Below, piece by piece: positions 55,400 to 64,000 of a stretch of DNA of 64,000 nucleotides (position 1 is the first letter of the stretch; each line of letters opens with the position of its first letter). Source of the DNA: Octopus sinensis (Eukaryota); NCBI RefSeq assembly GCF_006345805.1, contig NC_042998.1:130882001-130946000 (forward strand), given 5' to 3'. The notes below the pieces were generated by a model. That model did no database searches. It saw only the letters and a program-made list of their open reading frames with translations, and was not told the DNA's origin. Made by a program: the position numbers and the translations under genes.

Positions 55400-55782
55400 T
55401 CTCTATATATAAAAACAGCAAAATGTCTGTGTGTGTGTGTCCTTTATACAAATCCACAATTTTTCAGTTAGAGGGCTCGTACTTTCTATGGTCTTTAAAA
55501 CCGTCCAAGGATGGTCGTGCATAACTTAACATTTCCCCAGTCATCCCGCAAAGCCATTAAAAAATCGATAGAAGTGACTTTTTTGTGAATTTTCTATCCA
55601 AAGCCCAATCAAAATGCCCGACACTTGATACGCCAATTGAATGCCAGCTAGCTGTATGTGATTGGTCGGTGATTTGGAGAGTACCCGCGTGTATGTGCGC
55701 ACGCACGCTGCTGTAATGCATGCACTATCACTTAGAGCGAGCCTCGTTGCTGGGTGTTATAGTTGCCGGGTCATAGTGCTAG
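55400..55782 (+). mobile_element. Probable non-autonomous Helitron
   Basis: A|TC start (tctctatatataaaa followed by a (TG)n tract); ends gccgggtcatagtgCTAG|T; short cgag-c-ctcg hairpin upstream of the end. This fits the TC...CTRR termini and A^T insertion site known for Helitrons. Confidence 0.6.
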
Positions 55783-56182
55783 TAATACATCTAAATTACT
55801 TAGATAAACCGTCACTGTTAAAATGTGTGACGTAGTTATAGACAAGTTAACCATCAGTATTTGCACGTAGTTCTGACTGCGCCAAGATTCTTGCTTAACA
55901 AGCATGTGAATCATGGTTCGACCGTAGGCTTGACTCATAGTTTGTAGGTGGAATTTACTATTCGAAAATATTGAACCCCACCATCGCCATGCACCTTATG
56001 CATATAGGTTTTCTGTTGGCCCTATCTTAGTTTATAAAGTGTCTAATTTAATTCTCTACACACATACATATACACACAGTCATATGCACGCGCGTGTCTA
56101 AAATATTTATTCGATGTATTTCTGTCTCCCATCACACGCACAAAAACATACACGCACAAACACACATACACACATACACACG

Positions 56183-56226
<44 letters not shown>

Positions 56227-57127
56227 TCACCTACTTAGAAATGGACACATGCATACATACGCACAAACGTACTTTTTCATTCTGCTTGCATTCTCTTTCT
56301 TCAAAATGTTTCATTTATTGTCTGTCTATCGCTCAAATTATCTTTCTTTCTTTGTTTCTATCTATCTTTCTTCCTTTCTATCTTTCTTTCTTTCTCATTT
56401 CTCTCTGCTCTCTATACTTTTCCCTATTCCCTTTTTTCTCCTTTTCTCATTAGCGGATGCTTCTTACCCCTTACCTCCTTAAATCACTTGACATTTTATC
56501 AAAAAAAAGCCACTCCCACGACAACAACCAACATTACCGTTGCATCTTCAAAACACAAGTCAACCAACAAAGCATTTTTTTAGATTGATGAATCCGTACA
56601 GATATATTGTGCAGCTAGATGTGTAAGTTACATCTACGTAGCTTACACAGCAGAATTTATTCCAATTAGTGCAGCTATGTAATTATGTAACGTTGCAAAT
56701 TAATACGAAGTAATTAGAGCATTGGCTTCTCTATAAACGATGGAAATAAAGAGGTAGAAATGTTGGAGATGATTTTTGTAGTTAATGTAATATTAGTAGC
56801 GTAGTATCAGTATTGATAATGTTGATAGACAGTAGTTGTATTAGTATACCTGATAATATCTGTGGTCAAGATTACTGGTGGTGGTGGTGGCGGTGGATTT
56901 TGGTTTTGGTGGTGGTGATTTTGAGAGGGATTGTGATATTTTTTTGTGATAGTGTTGGTTACGTTGATTCTAACCGAGGTGAAGGTCACGAGAGAAGGAT
57001 TGATTGTAGACAGAGTGATGGTAAAAGTGGCGGTAGTGGCGTTAGAGCTAAATGTGTTTCTTGCTGCATGGAGCTTTTTTGACGATTTCCTATCCTATTG
57101 GAGATAGAATATTGAGTTCTATGGACG

Positions 57128-57215
57128 TTTGGGGTCGATGTAATCGAATTAATACGTAAGTCTGGTCTTGTTTGTCCCCTCTATGTTTAGCCCCTTGTGG
57201 GTAATAAAGAAATAG
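57128..57215 (+). mobile_element. 3' half of a main-family SINE
   Basis: ggggtcgatgtaatcga...ttgtttgtcccctctatgtttagccccttgtgggtaataaagaaata. Confidence 0.85.
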
Positions 57216-57811
57216 ATATTATAGATTTGAGGATGATGACAATGATGATGATGATAGCGGTGGTGGGAGTGGGGTGGAGATGATGGTGGTGGTTCTAAAA
57301 ATTGCGTGTGTAGAATCATGATTTGTTGGAGTTTCAGCAGTAGGGGATTGTTTCAGTGGCGATTTCGCTTCTTGTGTTATTCTCATGGTAATATATCTTG
57401 TTCGTGCTGATGTTGGTATTGGCAGATGTTGGTTACCCCCAGGTTAGCTCCTAGCAACCATTCTAGCCATGATCATACTGTTGTTTTTATTAAGTCTAGA
57501 ATAGCCTAGGACCACTTTATCCAGTGTTTCCCACTTTAAGAATGTGGGGGCGTAATTTGAAAGAAATTTTGCTGCTATTTCTGGTAGGGTGAGTGTCCAC
57601 TTAACGGTCCCTCATTGATTCGCTTTACAGTAATGGAAGACAGTGTGGAGTTGCATTTGGGGGTGGGTTGGGGGGGTCAGTGTTTCAGAAGTCGTAAGTT
57701 AAATGAATTGGTGTTTCGTGGTGCTTTGAGGCGGTTAGCTACGGTGGTGAGAGAGGGTTTTGTTATTTCGATGCTGGTAGCGTTAGTATTACTAATACTA
57801 TGCAATATTTT

Positions 57812-57970
57812 TTTCTGCTCTAGGCAAAAGGCCCGAAATTTTGTGGGAGGGGGGCCAAGTCGATTAGATCGACCCCAGTACGCAACTAGTACTTAATGCA
57901 TCGACCCCGAAAGGATGAAAGGCAAAGTCGACCCCGGCGGAATTTGAACTCAGAACATAAAGACAGGCGA
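57812..57970 (-). mobile_element. Main-family SINE fragment with alternative tail
   Basis: ctctaggcaaaaggcccgaaatttt...gaccccgaaaggatgaaaggcaaagtcgacc...gaatttgaactcagaac. Confidence 0.85.
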
Positions 57971-58289
57971 ATTACTCTAATACAACGCAATATCAATTGG
58001 TCAATGTGGGGAATTGGTTGCTTAAGTAGTATCATTTGGAGTGCCAATTGTGGTGGTGGTGTATGGTGGTCTTCTTTGGCGTGGTGATTAACGTTACTAT
58101 GGTAATTAATTTTAGTGGTGAGTAAATTCTGTTTAACTCCAGGTCGGTCCTGATTATTCCTTCTTTTTTTCTTTCAGTGAGTTCACTCGTAGGACTACAG
58201 CCATGCTGGAGCCCCTCCTTAACTTGTTTTCTATTATAGTTCTATATTTAAGAGATGACGAATTATGTACGTTATTTACATTTGACGAA

Positions 58290-58410
58290 TATTTATCATC
58301 ATCTTGTTTGTTGTTAACACAAAGTTTCGGCTGATTATACCCTCGAAACTTCATCAGGTGTCTTGGGGAAATTTCGAACCTGGGTTCTCATTCTTAAGAT
58401 ATTTTTCGAT
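58290..58410 (-). mobile_element. Second copy of the HHR-bearing repeat at 24500; motif at 58316-58362 is degenerate
   Basis: Minus strand: gacac-CTGATGA-a-gtttc-gagggtataat-cagcc-GAAA-CT-T-T-gtgtt. Stem II and stem III are damaged. Confidence 0.75.
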
Positions 58411-58464
58411 GTTGTTATTATTATTATTATTATTGCTATTGTTATTATTATTATTATATTATTA

Positions 58465-58500
<36 letters not shown>

Positions 58501-58544
58501 GATTATTATTATTATTATTATTATTATATTATTATTATTATTAC

Positions 58545-58578
<34 letters not shown>

Positions 58579-58636
58579 AGCATCATCATCATCATCATTA
58601 TTATTATAATTATTACTATTATTATTATTATCGTTA

Positions 58637-58678
<42 letters not shown>

Positions 58679-58681
<3 letters not shown>

Positions 58682-58758
58682 TCACTGCTTGGAATCGAAC
58701 TTGGAATCTTGGGGTTAGTAGCCCGCGCTCTTAACCACTAAGCTATATGCCCGTGGGC
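58679..58758 (-). mobile_element. tRNA-like Pol III head (SINE head or pseudo-tRNA) running into (AAT)n
   Basis: gggcataTAGCTTAGTGGttaagagcgcgggctactaaccccaagattccaaGTTCGATTCCaagcagtgacc. A and B boxes are clear, but the acceptor and T stems pair poorly, so it is not called a tRNA. Confidence 0.75.
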
Positions 58759-58929
58759 ACATGGCGTAGAGGTTAAGGTTGCATTTGCCTTTCATCTTTT
58801 CGGGGTCGATGAAATAAGTACTAGATGAGCACTGGTGTGGGGAAGGTCTATATAATGACCTCATTTCCTCCCCTGAACTTTCTGGCCTTGTGCCAAAATT
58901 TAAAATCAATATTACTAGTGATAGTTAAG

Positions 58930-59130
58930 CCGGTGAACTGGTAGAATAGTTAGCACACCGGATATAATGCTTAGCGGCATTTCGTACGTCTTTGCATTCT
59001 GAGTTCAAATTCAGCCGAGGTTGATTTTTAATTAACCCTTTCTCGGTCGATGAAATAACTACTAGTTGATCACTGGGGTCGATGACAAGCCCCTTCCGAC
59101 AATTTTTCAGGCCGTGTACCTATTAGTGAT
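58930..59130 (+). mobile_element. Degenerate main-family SINE
   Basis: ggtgaactggtagaatagttagcacaccgg...ttctgagttcaaattcagccgagg...cactggggtcgat. Confidence 0.8.
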
Positions 59131-60152
59131 AGTTCTTATGTTTGTTGTTTATCCACGGGCATACCCTGATCAAGCGCATTCCGACTGTGATAACACTATA
59201 TTTTCGTATATTCATGACTATATCGTCCCATTTCATGGTAAGTTAATTGTTACTTATTTCAGCTGGAGTGTTCGTACAGTCTGTCTTGTAATGTTAAATA
59301 ACCTTGCCTATCATATGAGAGGACGAGGTTAGATCCATCGCCAAGGAGACTACTAAACACTAACGACGGAATGAGAGAACAATAGCATTGCTCTTATAGT
59401 GATCTGACTGTGTACTCATAATTGCATTGTGATCGTAATAGGAATAGTTATATTGTGCTTAATGTCCTAAAGTAGTGACACAACATGTTAATATAGTGAT
59501 CGTTGTCCAAAAAAATGATAATAATGGGTGTGGAAAAAGCTTTAATCAAGTCATTTATGTGTTGCAATTTAAGAAGACTTAAACCCATTTAAGAACATAA
59601 AAACCATTTCCTTTTCGTTTATTTCTTGAAGTGCTAAAACATTCACCTCTCTGATACAATTCTTCCAAGGTGCTGGTAAGTACTTACTGGCGAGAATTTA
59701 TAAATATCATGATGTTTCCTATTTCTTTTTTCCTCCCTTTTTCTCTTTAACTTACGAATCTATGGATTTACTCCGTAACTGCAATCTAATCTTTTCACAG
59801 GGGCGAATAGCTCCATTTTCGCTTTTTATCTGTTACAAATTTATACTTTTAAACATTTCGTTTTTGTACTTGACTTTTGATGTGAACTTGAGTTTTGATG
59901 TGAATTCGTATGCAGGAAAATATTTTATTGTATCTCGGGTGGGTCATTATGCCAACGATAAACACACGCACAGGCTCTATTCCACTCTATTATTCGTTAA
60001 TTGCTTACGACGAAATATTTCAATATTGCTATTCATTCTATGTCATGCTTGCAATAAAATAGACGTCCTATAACACTATTTAGTAACTGTATTTTAAAAG
60101 GTACACTGATGGCGGAATTTGCATTGCTATACCATATGTTTATTTTTTTATA

Positions 60153-61545
60153 TCAGGTCATCCTATAAGTTCTGTCCGATTTGATCTTTTTAAAAACTGA
60201 ATGAAATTTAATAGTATTTTAGAATGTCTAATGGAGTTAAAATTATTTTTATGCATTTGTGTACATTTAGCAAATTAAATATTATTTTACAGAATAATAG
60301 AATTAAAATTTGTTTGATTAAAATCCTTTCTAACATGGAAGTATCCAAAGATCATTTGAAGCACATAATAATTTATGAGTACAAAGAAGGAAACTCTGCA
60401 TCCGAAGCGACTCGAAACATACACTCAGTTTATGGGAAAGAATGCTTGAATAAAAGAACTTTGCAGAAGATGGTTTGCAAAATTCAGAAGTGGAGATTTC
60501 AGCTTTGAATTGTTCTTAATTGTGATAGTGGCGGTGATCTTGAAGAAGATGACCGTCACCATCGGTTTCATCGTAATGATAACTCTAACAGAGGTGGTGG
60601 TGGTGGTGTTAGAGGAAGAGGAGGTAGTGGTGCTGGTGGTGATGGTAAAAGAGGACGTCCAGTTGAGCTTGATGATAAGCTCCTTGAGGCATTACTTGAA
60701 GAAAATCCTGTATTATCAGTGGAAGAATTGGCAATAAAGCTTAGTTCAAACCATATATCGTCATCTTCAACAACTTGGGAAGATTCCTAAATGGGTGTCT
60801 CATGAATTGTTCGAATGCAACTGCAAATCTCGAGTTGATATCTGCTCTTCTCTCCATTCTCGCGAACTCATTTCACCCTTTTTGGATAGACTTGTGACAG
60901 ATAACGAAAAATGGATCTGCTTTCGAAATGTTAAACGTCGTAAACAGTGGCTTGCTAAAAGGATAAAAGCTCAACCACAACCGAGAAAGGAACTTCATGG
61001 GGAAAATGTTCTTCTCTCTGTCTGGTGGGATTGCAAAGGAGTAATTCACCTAATTACCACCTAATGCAACAATCAATGCTCAAGTCTACTCTCAGCAATT
61101 AGAGAGTTTGAACCAAGCTTTGAAGAAAAAAAAAGACACGCTTTAGTGAATCGAAAAGGAGTGATGTTTCATTAGGACAATACGCGACCCCACCCTGCAA
61201 AAATCTTATCAGAGAAGGTCGAAGAGCTTGATTGGGAAAAAATTCCTCATCCACCTTATTCTCCGGGATTGCTCCTTCAGACTACCATTTGTTTCGTAGT
61301 TTACAAAATCGTTTGTGGGACATAATTTTCACAAGCCAGGAGGAGGTCGAAACTGACTTTTCAGAGTTCTTCCTTTTGAAGCCAAAAGAGTTTAAAACCG
61401 ATGGGATTAAAAAGCTTGTAAATAGATGGAAGGAAGTCAGATAATCAGAGAAAGTACATTGATGATTAAATTTCAATTAAATGTAACAATTTGATCACTT
61501 GTTTTCTTTATTCAAAATTCGGACAGAACTTATGTGATGAGCTGA
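60153..61545 (+). mobile_element. Full-length mariner (Tc1/mariner, D,D34D) DNA transposon, inactive
   Basis: TA flanks at 60151-52 and 61546-47. TIRs: tcaggtcatcctataagttctgtccga at the left end, and the reverse complement of tcagctcatcacataagttctgtccga at the right end. Confidence 0.95.
60335..61469 (+). pseudogene. Mariner transposase pseudogene
   Basis: MEVSKDHLKH..RNIHSVYG, RRWFAKFRSGDFS, GRPVELDD, WVSHEL (WVPHEL), LVTDNEKW, FH*DNTRPH, HPPYSPG/APSDYHLF. Multiple frameshifts and an insertion at 60510-60655. Confidence 0.95.
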
Positions 61546-62495
61546 TAGTTTGTCGTCAATGCTAATCTTTCTTATTGTTATTGGTGTTGTTTAACACATT
61601 GTTAGCTTCTATCTTGTTAAACATATGACCAATACATAAGAAATGTTTATTCACAACATATAACTTCGACTTTATTTTTCGAATGTCACCTACTTCATTT
61701 TTATTTATACATTTATTTATTCTGTTTACGTTACAGAAAATAATTTGAACGAGGCTTGGTTGCCAATTCTAGCAGGTCATGTAACAACTTAAAAAAAAAT
61801 ATTCATCTTGTTCTTAATTGTGATAGTGGTGTCGATGTTGAAGAAGATTACCGTCACCATCGGTTTCATCGTAATGATAACTCTAATAGAGGTGGTAGTG
61901 GTGGTGGTGGTGGTGGTGGTAGTGGTGATGGTAGTGGAGGAAGAGGAGGTAGTGGTGCTGGTGGTAATGATAAAAGAGGAGAGTGAGGCTTGATACGCAG
62001 AAAAATGGATTTTTGGTGCTTCATGCATCAGAAGAAAGAGTTGCTATATGTGTGTGCGTGTGTGTGTGTGTGAGGAGTTGTGTGGATGTGTGTAGTTGTG
62101 TGCTTGCATGTGTACTGTGTCCGCGCGCGTGCTTGTGTGCGTGTGAGTATATATGTGTGTTAATATGTGTTAACATGTGTGTTCTGTGCCTGTGTATGTA
62201 TGCGTGCACGAGCACACAGAACCAATTCTTAAGAATTCAGTGAGCATAATACCTTCGTTTAATCCCGCGAGGCACAATCTGATATCTCTATTATCAGAAT
62301 TTCTTAATGAAAAATGTCAATTCATCTATTTCGAACACCTGTTGAGCAACTACTTTAAGGAGAAACAGATACACCGAGAAGTCACTGACGTCAAGGTTTA
62401 ACATGCAACTTGGCAACTTTGGTGCGCTACTATAAAGCATGTGCAGATGAGCATCAATCACCCTCTTCCTTTATCTTTTATCCCCCTCACTACCC

Positions 62496-62532
<37 letters not shown>

Positions 62533-62537
<5 letters not shown>

Positions 62538-62763
62538 CTTTACTACCCACAAGGGGCTAAACACAGAGGGGACAAACAAGGACAGACAAAGGGATTAAGT
62601 CGACTACATCGACCCCAGTGCGTAACTGGTACTTAATTTATCGACCCCGAAAGGATGAAAGGCAAAGTCGACCTCGGCGTAATTTGAACTCGGAACGTAA
62701 CGACAGACGAAATACGGCTACGAATTTTGCCCGGCGTGCTAACGTTTCTACCAGCTCGCCGCC
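62533..62763 (-). mobile_element. Full-length main-family SINE
   Basis: Near-identical to 32002-32229; A and B boxes and 3' tail intact. Confidence 0.93.
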
Positions 62764-62806
62764 TTCATACATACATACATACATATATATATACATACAT
62801 ACATAG

Positions 62807-62841
<35 letters not shown>

Positions 62842-62898
62842 CATGTATGTATGTATACATACATACATACATACATACATACATACATACATACTACA

Positions 62899-62934
<36 letters not shown>

Positions 62935-63032
62935 TTATATATATATATATATATATAATATATATATTATATATATATATATATAAGTATATGAAAGAAT
63001 GGAGTTGAACGAATAGTTAACAAATATCCTTT

Positions 63033-63117
63033 ATTCTCGACATATGTTTCGAAGGCTGCATATTCCTAATTCCGAAGGAATAAGGAGTACATTATGCAGA
63101 TTTCTCATCAGGAAAAT
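63033..63117 (-). ncRNA. Type I hammerhead ribozyme motif with intact core and GUC site
   Basis: Minus strand: attttc-CTGATGA-gaaat-ctgcata...tatgcag-ccttc-GAAA-CATATG-T-C-gagaat. Confidence 0.85.
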
Positions 63118-63898
63118 CAAGGAACTTATGTCGACAACAAAATGCACAAAAAACTTTTAGCTGACCGCTCTCAAGGAGCCCATGGCGATAATGAGTGTCT
63201 CTTTATAATGAGTGACGTCAGAGTGGCTGAATGTAGAAGAATCTAGAAGTTCCTAAAGGTTCAAGAGTTCAAACGAAGTAGGAGGAGGGAGACATAAGAA
63301 TAGTAAGGTGAGAGAGTGCAGGTCAAAAGAATGGTGAATTTAAATGATTTCTTTTGTGAATGAGTGCCTGTGTGCGTGACTGTATATAACTGTCTTAATG
63401 TGTGTATGTGTGTGTCTGAATGCGTGATTGTGTTTGTGGATGGGTAGATGTCAGAAAACTGTATCTGTGTGTTCGATTATGTTTACTGTAGGGAAAGGAA
63501 AGTAGATAGCGAAAGGGAGAAAGAATCGGGCGAGGTCAGAGGCAACGCAAGAATGGATAGTAGTAATTGGGAATATAAGAAAATCTTTTTTGACTATTGG
63601 GGTGAAATATAGCAAAAATTTTTTGGGGAAATCGAGGGGTTAACTATATTAGTCACTATTTATATGAATGAAAGGTGTGTCTTTTCCAGTGTAAGCACCT
63701 GTAGGATCTTTTGACGATTGTGTTTATTAAAGGGCCTTTGGCGAACAAAATATGAAAAAGTTCGGAATTACATATATATATATAATAACAAAGGGTAAAA
63801 TTAATCAATTAAGAAGTAATCAATACTTTCACCAAGTAGAATTCGGTATGAAAAAAGGACCATTTCACGGCAAACTTAAGTAATACTAATAAAATGGT

Positions 63899-64000
63899 TC
63901 AGCAAAGATTTGCTTCACCACACACCGAAGTTTAGAAGTAGCTAAGATTTTTGGCTATTATTTCTAAACTTCGATGTGTGGTGAAGCAAATCTTTGCTGA
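63899..64000. repeat. Near-perfect inverted repeat (39-bp arms, 38/39 matching), cut by the window end
   Basis: Arms at 63899-63937 and 63962-64000, with extra pairing tagcta/tggcta in the 24-nt spacer. Confidence 0.9.

Noticed and set aside
58679-58758. Functional tRNA gene
   Set aside because: Acceptor and T stems do not pair, and the anticodon (ACT) is not a standard eukaryotic tRNA gene; treated as a SINE head.

Overview
AT-rich, microsatellite-laden animal genomic DNA, probably intronic or intergenic; the SINE families suggest a cephalopod such as Octopus (inference). I found no convincing host protein-coding gene; most listed ORFs are translated (TA)n, (CA)n, (GATA)n or (TTA)n repeats. 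Protein-derived sequence is all transposon: a young 5'-truncated Tx1/L1-clade LINE (5505-9846) with (GATA)n on both sides and a deleted relative (24621-25367), three R4/Dong-type RLE LINE relics, a Penelope-like RT/GIY-YIG fragment, and a full-length dead mariner. There are also a probable non-autonomous Helitron and many tRNA-derived SINEs. The most notable non-coding signal is about nine type I hammerhead ribozyme (HHR) motifs from several families. One has an extended stem I and sits inside a ~424-nt rod-like inverted repeat (37189-37612). One looks catalytically intact (63033-63117). One lies in line with a tRNA-like head. Other highlights: a 42-nt 3' tail shared by the main SINE and the Tx1 LINE, a 184-bp-period SINE concatemer, and a locally templated insertion inside the mariner. 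All alignments and folds were done by eye.
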